From Stylophora pistillata (taxonomy: Eukaryota): DNA of 64,000 bases. Location of the stretch: positions 38,176 through 102,175 of the forward strand of contig NW_019218296.1 in the NCBI RefSeq assembly GCF_002571385.2, read 5' to 3'. Position 1 is the first letter of the stretch, and each line of letters begins with the position of its first letter. The notes below the pieces were generated by a model. It did not search any database. It was not told the origin of the DNA and saw only the letters and a list, made by a program, of their open reading frames with translations. The position numbers and the translations under genes are program-made. Below, piece by piece: positions 34,472 to 47,100 of this stretch.

Positions 34472-36418
34472 ATGAGTGAATCTCTTCCTGGGTACGACAT
34501 CGCGATAGTTGGAGCTGGTGCCTATGGTACAGCGGTGTTGGGCCAGATATCCTTGCAGTCGTTACCCAAAGACCGACAGGAGTGCCGTGTTTTAGTGGCG
34601 GAATCCAGCCAAGAATTAGGACCGGGGATGCCATATGCAAAACACATGACAATTCCCGATCACATCGTTAACATTGCAGGTGGATGTACACAGATAACAG
34701 CAACATACATACCGCTCTCTGAACAATCGGATTTTTTAATTTGGCTCCGCTCACTTTCTACAAAACACCGTGCCAGTCTGGAAATTGACGAGGCTGAAAG
34801 TCCCACCTGGCTGCATAAACCATTTCCCAGATTTGTGGTGGGCCTCTACCTAAGCGACCGCTTCAAACAGTTCGTCGTGGCACTGAAGAAAAAGGGATTC
34901 ACAGTTGATGTGCGTAAACGGACAAAGGTTACTTCTGTTCGTCTAACAGAAGGAAAATTGGATACCCATGGATACGAGCTTTGTCTTGAAAAGGGGAATA
35001 AAGTCTTCGCTAAATATCTCTTTCTTGCCATAGGTCACTGGGCCTACAACAGATTTCCTGACTTTCCACGCTGGCTTCCTTCACCATTTCCACCAAAGGA
35101 AGTGCAAGAAAAGACCCAGCTAGGTTGGAACATTGGAATACTCGGATGCTCCTTATCAGCTATCGACGCGGCACTCACGCTAAGCAAAAAGAACGGATCA
35201 TTCCAAGCCAGTCATCAAAGTGGCGCAAATACCTTGAAGTTTGTTCCCATCAAAGGAGCTGAAGAATTCCAGATGACGATGTATGGACGCAAGGCATTGC
35301 TACCACAGGTCATGGGCGTGGTTGTGAACAAGATCTTTGCCCACAAGTACTTAACACCTTCATCATTTATTCCCATTATAGAAGCCAATGATGGATTTAT
35401 GCCTCTGGATGACTTTTGGAATCTGCTGAAGAGAGAGATTTATGATGAAGTTCCCCACCTTCGCCCCCATTTTCCAGATGACTGGGAGACGGTGTCGCTG
35501 GAAGACGTTGTCTCTAAAATGAAAATGCTGCTTCAAGCAACTGACCCAGTCGACAGATTAAGCCGCGAGCTCGAAGAGGCAAAAGAAAGTTTGATCAGTG
35601 GCGTACCACTACTCCTTCAGAATGTCTTTTATCAGTCCTATGCAATCTTTGACGAGGCTTTTAACTACTTTTCAGCAGAGGATCGCATCAGGTTTGAAGA
35701 AATCAAGACCGAGCTCCATCTGCTAATAGGCCCTTTTCCAGTTCAAAATGCCGAGAAGATCTTGTCTCTAATGAAAGGCGGCTACCTCAAGGTGACAAGG
35801 ATTGGCGAAGATTACAAAATTGACGAAGGAGAAGATAGATGTGGGGTCAAAGTATCGTGGAAATTTAATGAAGAATCTAGTTTTGAAGCCTGTCACGATG
35901 TGATGGTGGATGCTACTGGTCAGAAGGGTGTATTTGAGAAAGATCCTTCCCCACTGACGAAATCGCTGAATGAAGGAAAGCTCATTAGCGAGATTTTGGT
36001 TCCTTTTCGGAACATCTCGGAGTCCGAGAGGCATGAAAATCATCCAAATGTGGTATTAAGGAATGGAGCGAAGTATTTCCGTCCATCTGGTGCTCTCATA
36101 GACATGAATAATTTTTCTCTCGTACCTGCCGCTGAAGATCCTGGTGCACCCCCTATCTATTACATGGGACCGTTTACTATAGGGCAGGTAGCATTTCCTC
36201 AAGACATGAGCGTAGTCACAACCGCCGCTGAACGGTCTGTAGAGGATCTTATAGAGAGAGGTGTGCTGGAACGTGACGACAGTTATTCAGCCGAGCAAGA
36301 TCCGATGCCAATGTATGGATGGTTGCCGAACGCCAAGGGAGACGTGTCTGGACAGATGGGTAAAATGACCAGGATCCTTTCATCCAAAGGACAAAATTCT
36401 CAAACAAAAGAACTGTAG
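34472..36418 (+). CDS. Intronless FAD/NAD(P)-binding oxidoreductase-like protein, bacterial YdhS / NAD_binding_9 family-like (648 aa)
   Basis: Uninterrupted ORF. Ordered motifs IAIVGAGAYG, GPGMPY, NIA, FLIWL, FPRFVVGLYL, LAIGHW, PSPF, IGILGCSLSAIDAA, GRKALLP, GEDYKI, VDATGQ parallel those recalled for E. coli YdhS. Confidence 0.85.
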   Translation: MSESLPGYDIAIVGAGAYGTAVLGQISLQSLPKDRQECRVLVAESSQELGPGMPYAKHMTIPDHIVNIAGGCTQITATYIPLSEQSDFLIWLRSLSTKHRASLEIDEAESPTWLHKPFPRFVVGLYLSDRFKQFVVALKKKGFTVDVRKRTKVTSVRLTEGKLDTHGYELCLEKGNKVFAKYLFLAIGHWAYNRFPDFPRWLPSPFPPKEVQEKTQLGWNIGILGCSLSAIDAALTLSKKNGSFQASHQSGANTLKFVPIKGAEEFQMTMYGRKALLPQVMGVVVNKIFAHKYLTPSSFIPIIEANDGFMPLDDFWNLLKREIYDEVPHLRPHFPDDWETVSLEDVVSKMKMLLQATDPVDRLSRELEEAKESLISGVPLLLQNVFYQSYAIFDEAFNYFSAEDRIRFEEIKTELHLLIGPFPVQNAEKILSLMKGGYLKVTRIGEDYKIDEGEDRCGVKVSWKFNEESSFEACHDVMVDATGQKGVFEKDPSPLTKSLNEGKLISEILVPFRNISESERHENHPNVVLRNGAKYFRPSGALIDMNNFSLVPAAEDPGAPPIYYMGPFTIGQVAFPQDMSVVTTAAERSVEDLIERGVLERDDSYSAEQDPMPMYGWLPNAKGDVSGQMGKMTRILSSKGQNSQTKEL

Positions 36419-37911
36419 GCTTTGGACCATAGGAAAAAAAAGTTAAAACAACTGGGATTTCATAGCCATATGCATTTTATAAGCCAAAATGTGTAGTGTC
36501 GTCAATTATCCCCATATGACAGAGCTGAATAGCATATGCGCACGCGCTAGATTTTGACGCGGCGGGAAAACGGAATTTGAGTCGTTCGCATTGTTGACTT
36601 TCTATTCTGTTGCTTTAATTGAGGCGTTGTTTTCCTTACCGCTTTTCTTTTACAGAACAACTTCCAAGAACGTTGCACACCCACTGAATATTTGATTTTC
36701 TCCTTAAAACCTTTGGAAATAGGAAAATGCCTTCGACATCAACAAAATTACTCGGTTTTAAATGTCAGCTCCTTATTATTTTCGCAAAGTCCACTAAATT
36801 TTAATCCTCTCACGCTTGAGCCCGTGTTGTTTACCGCATACCTTTGACGTAACGTTTCGTTATTTAGCTCTGTCTCCCCATATATGAGATTGTAGTTTTG
36901 TTGATGACAAAATAAGTCATTAGCTTTTTTACATTTGATCTTACTTTGTTTTAGTTGTTTCACGAGATTTTCTACATTCTGAAAAAAAGTTACATGACAC
37001 TGCAGGTTAATTTTTTAATGCTGCACCTTTCCAAAACAAACTAAGAACCTGCTTTGTTCTACGTTCAGATAAAGGTCTCGACTGGGCTGGTCAAAGCACG
37101 ATTGAGTCAATCCAGGTTAGAGGCAGATTTTTAAAGCTTAGCAGGAAGGTTCATTTTTCATTTCTCCTTTCGCCGAGTTTGCCTTACACTAAGTTAAATC
37201 CCACAAAAAAAAAAAAAAAAAAAAAGCTGTTTAAACTAAATAATTAAGTTAAAAAAAAAAAAAAAACTGGCTCAACCAGTGTGCAAGAGAAATGTACACA
37301 CAAGAGAAACATTTACAAAGAGACTTAATATAAATTTTATTTGTTTACTGCTGTCTATAAAGATCTGATGGTTTCCTTTATTAACCTATAATACCAGAAA
37401 CGTCAGGTGTACTTGTGAAGCAAAGAACATCAAGGAATCCTTGTAAAAACTCTAGGCTTCTTAGCTGAAGGCTCAGGTAGTCTGCATGGACATGAAACTG
37501 AATTAGCTGAATGGGAGATAAAGTTTTTAATATACAATATAATTTAAAGAAACTTTGACTGTATAAGTTTTTATTGCATTTTGACTTTCTTGGTTCAGTA
37601 AGTGTGTATTTTTTTAAATATAGCGTAACATTTATACGGTTTGCTTCAAAGGTTACACCTTGTTCCATTTACTTCTATGGATCTTCCGAGTGTCACTGGT
37701 CGCAATATTCTGGCCACTGATTCCGCGCAACTTGAATTCAATTGCTGCATGCCCGCTTGTGTTATCTTTCGAAACAAGAGTGATACCGGCAGGCCAGTTT
37801 TATGTGCTTCTGTCAGCGATGTTGCTATTGTTCAACAGCACTTTTACTCGATCATTCCTAATCGCAGAGATACGCTGGTGCCTATCCACATCTAACTACT
37901 TTCTTTCTTCA

Positions 37912-38161
37912 TGCAGTAAAATAGTTTGAACCCGGGGGTAACATGTGAAGGCGTAGTCTGATCGTCCGGGTGAGTGTAGTCCTGAGAAGGACTGTTGTCG
38001 GTGGTAGTGACTGACGTTTCGACAACCTGTGCGGAAGTCATCATCAAAATCAAGTCACTTGACTCTGATGATGACTTCCGCACAGGTTGTTGAAACGTCA
38101 GTCACTACCACCGACAACAGTCCTTCTCAGGACTACACTCACCCGGACGATCAGACTATAC
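37912..38161. mobile_element. Second palindromic hammerhead-bearing insertion, opposite orientation
   Basis: Near-identical to 30156-30459 with a shorter centre; 13-bp TSD CTTTCTTTCTTCA (37899-37911, 38162-38174); hammerhead motif at 38060-38104. Confidence 0.8.
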
Positions 38162-38489
38162 CTTTCTTTCTTCAATTCCTCTACACTCATTTCGCACCAA
38201 ATCAGGACAACCACTAACTACTGATACCCCGCGCACACTTTCTAAGCAATAACTGAATAGGGAGTCTTCACAGAGGAGGGTCTGTTAATGATGCTAGCAC
38301 TCGACTACGTTAGTTCTCAGGGCCCGGCTGTTTCCTGTGCTGCACAGATTATCCCTTTTTCTGAAGACATCCATTCTGCATCTATCTCCAAAATTCTTTT
38401 AGCAGGAGAGGGGGTCCTATATCGTCCTACAGTCACTCAGGGGTAACATACCAGGGTGTTTAATCATTACAAAATTCACCTTTTCTCGA

Positions 38490-40535
38490 TAAGGAAGGGG
38501 ATGGAATGTGTGCCTTGGGACGCACCTGCGATGGGCGCTTTGTTTCCTTTTCGATTGTGAAAAAAAAAGATAATTTCGAAATTTTAAAATCAAAACACAC
38601 GAGCTTTTAAGTTTCTGTTGGTTTTTCAAACGATGAACTGATTAAAACGGGTTGTTTTTGGATGTGGTCTTTTTTTAATCTAAACATGATTTTTTTCTCG
38701 CTCTACCTTCCGAGATTACTCGACCGCTCGAGACAAGCAAGGAATCTGGAAGCTCTAAATCTCCAGTGCAAGTTTTACAAGATTGTGCGGTTATATCGCG
38801 TGTAACCACAACAGATACAATCTGCTTTGGCATTTCTCAAGGGCTAAGACAAACTGTAAACACTGAAATTCCTAGCTCAATGATGCTGTTTTCTAGACAA
38901 TTTTCCGCCCGTTTGTTTGGTCTGTCGCTCGTTTGTGGTGTGAAAAAAAAGTTATTAAAAATTGAGAGACTTTAAGCTCATCCTGACTTCATCGGTGGCC
39001 AAGCATTGATTTAAAAATAGCTCTTGAATTCGAGAATGTGACCAAGCTAGCCAGCTACTTACGTTAGCGAAAAACCACAACAGAAAACTTAATGAATTTA
39101 CCATGTGTATAAGGCAAATGCATCTTAGCGAGGAAATTCACCCAAAAATGTTTCATCCACTTAAGAACAAGGCAAACAGTAATATCAGGCGTCTCTGCTA
39201 CCTATTCAAATTCTATCAGTGTATTTTGCGAAAAAGAATATGGTTTTACATGATTTCTTCAATAAATAATTTTTATTGAAAATAAAAGGTTTTATGAAAA
39301 TTGAACAAGATTCATGTTATTTCGGAAGAAATTATTAAGTTTTATGGTCAAATAACGAATTAAGAGATCGTTTTTCTCGAATTAAACCAAGGAACCGGAT
39401 TGGGAAGACATTTGTTTTTGTTTTTGTCTTTTTTTATGCGATTTTGCAGAGAGAAAATTGCATCTGCTATTACATATAATTTTTACGGAATAGTGTTAAT
39501 TTCTTTGGCGAGAGAATGACATTTGCGATCTGTTTTTCTTTTACTCTTATTCTAAATAGTTTCATTTCCATTGTTTTTATCGACAATTCGGTTGAGTATA
39601 GGTTATAGTATAATATGGTCTTCCGGTTGTGCGAGAAAATACGAATGCGTCCACTTTGAAAAACACAGTCGCTTATCAAATCTGTGTTGAATGTAATTAA
39701 CCCTATTTCTCTTATGTTGTGTTTGAGCTTCGTTGTGTTTTATTCACAAGATTCTCTCCATTACGAAAACCCAGCACGAACAGCTGGTGTTGGAGACCAT
39801 AAAAGGACGTAGAGGTGCCGCACTGAGCATGCTCAGTGGTGCGACGCTTAACCGTTCGTGCGAGCGATCGGGGGAAAATGGCGTGTAGAGAATTTTGACA
39901 TGACATCGAAATCTGCGACTTTGCCAGTTCTCTTGCGTAGCAACAACTGGCGAGAATGGAATATGAGAAGATGGACGATGATAGGTAAGAAGGCTTTATT
40001 TGTGAAGTGTGAAGAATATGTCGCGACCGCTGTCAAGTTCAAGGAGAATAATCTCGCAAAATTATGAGTATATACTTCTATTAACACCGATCGAAACTCG
40101 GAAACGCATCGATCCTGGCTTAGTTTTCAAAATACTTTTGGGCGCTGGCTCGGTCTGTAAAATATCTTTAAGATCGGTGAGGGGCATTGCCAGAGACGCT
40201 CTTATCTTCAGTTTTGGGGAGAATTATAATTATATTTTCAGCATTTTTCATTTAGAACGAACAAAATGCTCATGTTTACCATTACATCTCAGATCACCTG
40301 TCTTAACATATTTGTTTGGATTCAAATGGTTTTCTCTGGATGACGTCACATACGCTACATATCGAAGGAATTTTGCAAAGTTTGAAAAAAAAACTCACAA
40401 CGCAAAAACATACAAGACTTTGGCTAATTTTCGTCAACAATTAGTCTGCAACAATATTATGCAAATATCGCCGGGCGTCAAGAAAGCAGAATTAATCAAA
40501 AACCAAATATCGATCAGCTAGATTGGCACTTCCTG
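38490..40535. mobile_element. Probable decayed DNA-transposon relic
   Basis: CpG-rich, with a stop-interrupted exon-like stretch (MACREF*HDIEICDFASSLA*QQLARMEYEKMDDD then GTAAG, 39878-39988). No convincing TIR pair found; boundaries approximate. Confidence 0.3.
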
Positions 40536-43500
40536 CATTGATTCGAGAAGGAAAACTTGCCATTTACAATCCCATCGTTGCTTCTAGAGTTCACGCCAGC
40601 GTTTCAGCAGGCGAATTGTCTTATACCCATATAGCACCACTTATCATTTAGTATGTGAGCGATGAATTAGATTTGTCACTATGGACTAGCCGGAATATTT
40701 CATTTTCGAGGTCTTGCTGTTGCGAAAGCAATAAGCTCGCAAACAGCAAATCGCGTTTTCTGTAGTCATGTGAAGTGAAATCCATTCCTGATACAATCTT
40801 GAACTTACCTTTTTGGCATTGTGAAAACATAACAGGTTGTAAAAAGAATTACACCGGATTCATCAACTGGAAAGAAATACACGATTACGCGTTTTCAAAC
40901 CTCTGATCAGACATCAATTACTTTACAAAAATTGATATGCAGCATGTTCGACCGAAAGTGATTCATGACTCGGATAAGCTGACGTTATCTTTCAATAGAA
41001 TGCTGATTTAACACGACTGATTTTCACATGAACCCAACCAGACTCTGACAACAAACCATGCGTTCGTATGATGGATGAATAAAGAATATAATCCAACAAT
41101 TTCTGTTTCACGACCTCACGTCGACTCTGATTGTGTTACGTTTTACTTTTCGAAAGAAATTGACTTTGATTCCCTCGATCAAAGAGGGATTTCGAAAAAT
41201 TTTGCACAGCATTTGAAAGTTTCATATAGATGCAGAAATTTTGCTTTTTTTCTTTTTATGTCCGCGAACCTTGCTCAACTGCAGCGCTAAAGAATTTAGG
41301 CATCAAATTCATTTGCAAAACCATTGAAATTGAATGGAAGGAGGCTGTTAGGCCGATAAAATCATGCGCAATCACAAAGGCGTAAAATGTTTTCTCTCCA
41401 CAAGCACCGTTGAGTATATCGGATCATTTAAGATAGAACAAAATTATACCAGCAAACTTCCAAAGATAGATGCAGCTGAAATGAGTGACACGAGGCTTGA
41501 AACTGTACCGTAAGATTTTGCAAAAACAGTTGGTTCGTCACTGATTTTGAGAAACTGACTATAACCACAGTTCAAGGGTAGGGATGATCCGTTGTCAATA
41601 GCAGCTCTGGACGCGAGAAAGAGGAAAGGAGCCGGTAAGAGCATGAAAGAGATTGGGCCTGTGTAAAACCAAACCTCAAAGCATAACGGAAATATGAGTA
41701 GTCTGTCCATCCCACGAGTCGGGGTTCGTATCATTGAATGATTCTGTATATTAGCGTTCACGAAGAGGACTAAGACTTGTATCAGAGGTTTGTTTACGTG
41801 ATCCACGCCCGTTGAACTCAATTCAATTGTAAATGATATTCGTTGCCTTTCGAACTCATTCACGTTTACACCGTCGTATTTCACGGACTCCGGACGGATG
41901 TTTGTTTCCTTTTTGTATTAATTATTGAATAGAGTGGTTTTATATGTTTGAATTCGCACAGTTCACCCATGAACACCATAAAGCTTTTCTCAAACTGCAG
42001 ATTCAAATAGGAGCAATGTAGTTTAGTTGCCCGCGTGAGCAGCTTGCCTGAGATGGACCCATAAAATTTTGACTTTTTTTTACTTCACCGTTTACCTAAT
42101 CTGGGAGAGTATATATTTCACAAGCGCTACACCCAAGATCATACTTATTTCACGTTGAAACTGAACAGCGCATGAGCGATTGCAATGCCAAATAGATCCG
42201 AAAATGTTACGGGCCAGATGGGCTTAAAGAAAAGATATAAGTAAATTCAAACCTCCAGTGATCCGTATCGTCCAATGGCCTCCGTAAAGTAGGTGCTCCA
42301 CTAAATCAGCCCTTATATGTGATTTAAATTTGTGGGACGTTAAAGAACCCACACACTCCTCGAAAAGAGTAGGGCACGTAGTGCCCGGTGTTGTGGTCTA
42401 TCTTTGTGCAGTGTCTATCCAGGGTGATTTGGGGGGAGGGGTGGTGCCTCGCATGGACCTTGTGTTCCGTTCGCACTAACCCTTCCGGTTCTAGTCACAC
42501 CCGGTAAAGTCATTAATACAAAACAAAACAAAACAGTTTGACACAAACGAGCGAGAAGTCGCCCGAGAACCATACAATCTCTTAGAATCAACTTTTGATC
42601 AAAAATCTAAGGAAGGCAGTTAAGCAATCACAAGTTCTCGATAAAAAAAAAATCTACATTGTTATCGTTCCACTACGTTGTCAATTAACCGCTTAATTAT
42701 CACTTTTCAATCTCTTAGTGACGAATGTTAATTACGATTGAATAATTAGCATAATTTTCTCCCTACCAGTCTGTGCGCGCTGATGTCCATTACAACAATT
42801 ATTCATCCGTGACCTGCTGTCGCATTTTCTCCCCCTAAATGCAGAATACCCAGATACATTGAAATCGGAAACTGAGGTTCTTTTTTTTTTCCTATTTATG
42901 AATAAGATACTATTTAACCTATAATCAATCTGTAATAGCAGGCTTAAGAACACTTTATCAACCTGAGGATCTAAACCAGCACTTAAGGGCTATCCAATGA
43001 TATATTAAGAGCACCGTAAAGAGTTTAGCCTAAAATACTGTGCGATAGAGTAAATGCATTTGCAGTATATGATAGATAGCCGCTCTCAGTTCATTGTGAA
43101 GAATTTGAAGATTCAGTCGTAAAAAAAAACCTTAAGGGAGAAACCTCTTATCAACAGTAATGTTGCACCATTTCCTAAAATTGAGACGGTTGGACTTAAA
43201 ATCACAATTTTTGTAGTGGAAAATGGCAAAGGGAACAAATCTCATCGAGAGTACGAATCATCAAATGTTGATCTTAGCTGCCCGTTATTGGCTTTTGTGG
43301 TTCATTATTAGAGATTCCGTCGGACTCTTTCACGCCATTCGAACGACTTCTTACCGATGCAAAGGAAGTGAAATGCTACTGAATAATTATGAATGACGCC
43401 ACTTTTTGATAAACTTTATTTTTCTTACCCAGATGATTTAATAAAAATGCAATTACATAGCTACTCAATCAAAATATCGAGATCTAGGCGCGCAGAAAAT

Positions 43501-44128
43501 TATCTCAATTTCGGGAACCCAACACCCATAAAGAAGTTTTCTGTGAGATTTCATTTCTTGCTTTTTTCTTTTTCTTTTTCTTTTCCTTTTTTTTGTTTTG
43601 TTTGAAGACTAGGGTTTAAGATACGATTCAGGACTCATGAAATTTTATTTTATTTTCTCGGTGAAGTAATGAATAATTGATCTCTTTTATTTGCTTGAGA
43701 GCTAACTTTTCATGGGTCGTTAAGCTCTTAAATCTACATCGGAATAGATTAAAACAAGTGAGGTACGGCGCTTTCATGAAGCGTTACAATATCTATTATT
43801 ATTATTTTTTCACGGCTCATAGATTCGTCTAGGACCTTAACCAACACTTATTGTTGCAGTCAATTCGTATGGGATCTTTTTGGCGATAAGGTGGGCTAAT
43901 TTATTCGAAAGCTTTATCTTTTATTCCAAAGCTGTATCTTTATCTCGCTATGTTTTTGATGTCCTGAAGTACCCAATTACAATTAAATTGGTCACGTGTC
44001 CTTGGTGCTTCGGGAATGACCCGTGTGTGACGTCACAATTCGCGGGAGTGAAGGGCTTCGTTGAAATGTATTGGTGTGCTGTATAGCATCATCCTAACTG
44101 CCAAATTTTGTTCGGTTTCGCCAGTATA

Positions 44129-47100
44129 ATGGCACCACACTCCGGTGTCAATGGCGAAAGCAAAGGAGAAGGACAGGACCATGCTCTTTCGTAAGCATTT
44201 CATGTTTAAATTGTAGTTTGTGGGGCTTTTAAAATAACCTGAATATGTGAACAGCGTACTTTAAAATACCGTGTGTAAAATCTTTCTCAGAATTCAACGC
44301 AGTTTCAGCGGAATAATACAATTTTCGTTGATGCTTTCAAGGTGGCTTTGTTTCGTTTCAGTCTTGTGTTCTTTGGTCAGTCGGATGAATTCATTATTGG
44401 CACGTTCAGGATGGTTTGCGGTTGTTAAATACAAATACGTTTTTACATTTCTTCTTCGAACCTTTGATCCGAGAGGAAATGAAGTGATTGTTTAGCTATC
44501 TGTCACACGTAGACGATGATTGTTGTTATTTTGTATACATTCTCCCTTTCTGTAAGGTTGCAGTGGCTTCATGTCTACCCAGTGGGATAAGTGTTTTGTG
44601 AGCCTATACATAACGGCTCGTTTGATTTCAATATCTCATAGGCGTGACTACAAATAATAAGCTATTGCATTGATTTTTGTACCCACAACTTTCGAAGGTT
44701 ATTGCAAATTTCAATGTTTTTCGATTGGAGCAAATTAACGTGAAATCAGGCTTCTCTTTCTTTACGTTCAAGTCAGGTTTCCCACATATTTTACCTTCGC
44801 TTGATGGCGATTCGAATCGAATCGAATGTAAGCTTTACTAATGTAAGCACATTTTGGTCGAATAGTGTAAAAGTCTTGTCACTTACAAAATTAGTCATGT
44901 GATCTGCTGAATTACTTGATAATTGTTTCGAGAAAAATCAATTTTTAAGGAACTTCCTGAAGAAGACTGTTACAGTTTCGAGGAAAAAATTCCCGTTAGA
45001 TCAGAAGTTCCAACGCACGGACCGTAAAAATATGTAAATAGCTGTTTCGAGTCTGGCTTTCTTATGTAAACAAAAAAACGATTTGATAAATAAACTAATA
45101 TCGAGTTTTTTTGTTATTTTAAGTAAGATCCTAGTCTGAAAAATCTTTCACTAAATTTTGAGGCATTATTGTAACGGTGAACATCACAGCTATAACATTA
45201 TAAGTACTTGCCTCTTTGCTAAATTGCTTTAACAGTTGAACTCAGGGTAATGGAAAAATCACATTAATACAATTTCCATGAAAAGGCAATATTACAACCA
45301 ACAAAGGCTATCATGACAATATCCTTTTGAAGTATCAGTTGGCTTCTTTTGTCAAATCACAAGTACCATAATGATCCTTAACAGGAAACTTAAATTTCAT
45401 TTTCACAAGTTGAAAAGGTCTGATACAATTATAGGATTTAGTAAGGTATTGTTATGGCAACAAGGTAACCAAACTTGGTCAAGTTTTTTTTCCAGGGGAG
45501 AGTGGAAATCAATTTTGTTGTGCTTAAAGAGTAAGTCAATGACTCAACCCTTTCACTCAACCCTTTCACTCAACCCTTTTGCTCCTGTGATCTTGCTCCT
45601 AACTGTCTGCCATACAATCCTTGTGATGTTACTTTGGATAATTTTGAATTGTAACACCTAATAATTCCCAAATTGATATTTTTCTTTATTCTCATCACTT
45701 GTCTGCTTGATATTGTTTGATATTGTAAGGAGAAATTGAGTCTTGGTCACTCATGCAAGTTAAAGGTTTCAGAACATCTTGGCCAAATGTCATAAGTGAA
45801 ACAATACCTTTGATCAATTTAATTTACTGGTAATGACCTATTTCTTGCAGCAATATGAGAGGTCTAATTCATGCAAATACCAGTTGCATTTTTCTAGAAG
45901 TCTTATTTGCCTTTATCATGATTTGTCATTCATGACAAGTAGTTGTGACGTTTCAACCGTTTGTTTTGCAAATTATTTAGAAAGACCTCAGGCAGAGCAA
46001 ATTCTTATTTCTTTTACCATCAGAAGGTTTTATATAATGTTTTTGCTATTTCAGAAAAGAGGGGGCTTCACTCTATGATGTTCTTGGAGTTGACAAAACT
46101 GCCACGCAAGAGGAAATTAAGAAAGCCTATAGGAAGGTGAGATTTGTTAACTTGTCATGTGATTGTATTGTACATAGACAAAAGGTTTTTAAATTGAAAT
46201 TAAAATTGTGTGTTCAGACATTCAGCCCTTGCCAGCAGCACCTCTCAGTATCACTTCTCATAACTAGGTAATGCACATTTCTGGGAAAGCTGGGTTTGAG
46301 AATTTGGTCTTTGGTCAGTAGTTTTCTTTCTTTTCATCATCTTTGTGGTTTCATAATAAAAGGGAGCATGACATTTTGAAGACAACATGTCACCGTTGTC
46401 AAATGTAAATTATTGGTTCAGTCGAATTATATAAAGAAAGGAGAGTGCAAAACCAAATTAGAATAAAATGAGATGGAGTAAAACAGAATGAATGTACATA
46501 ATGATTGTACATAATGACTTATCAAACCTCATGTTTGTGTTATCTGCTTCAGCCTTCAGCTTCAGCAGATAACTCTGACCTTAGCATTGACTATTCATTT
46601 TCTTTTTTTTGTAATTTCTTTATTTTTTTGGCATTTTACAAAACATTACTCTACTTACAATACACTACTTGACTCAGTTACAGTACATTGCTTACAATAG
46701 TTTACTGAGAACACACCACAAACAAAGTATAGTTTACGATAAACTTGATTACAGTAGATGACTTACTATACTCTACATTTACATTACGTAACAACATGTT
46801 ACACTCCTTTCAATAAATTATGTTACATAAATTACTTACAGTACCTTAATAATAGTATATAGCAAAATTGTGTGCTTTACAATAAAATTAACATCGTAGC
46901 ATTGACTATTCAAGGTATCATGCTCAACCTTATCCAAAAATTTGCTAATTGCATGTGGCTCTGTGTGTATTACACTGTCTGATGACTGGTGCATTTGCAC
47001 ATTTGTTGTTTATTTTTTGTCCATTGTTTCTATTCAATTTTCTACCTTTTTGCATTCTAAAGACACCATGTGTTATCTTGGAATTATGTGGTGTAGTTGA

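Noticed and set aside
34472-36418. Simple bacterial contamination
   Set aside because: No operon neighbours, continuous animal-type repeats on both sides and a splice acceptor before the ATG; read-level confirmation is still needed.
37892-38217. Twin ORFs containing MMTSAQVVETSVTTTDNSPSQDY
   Set aside because: Mirror translations of the palindromic repeat.
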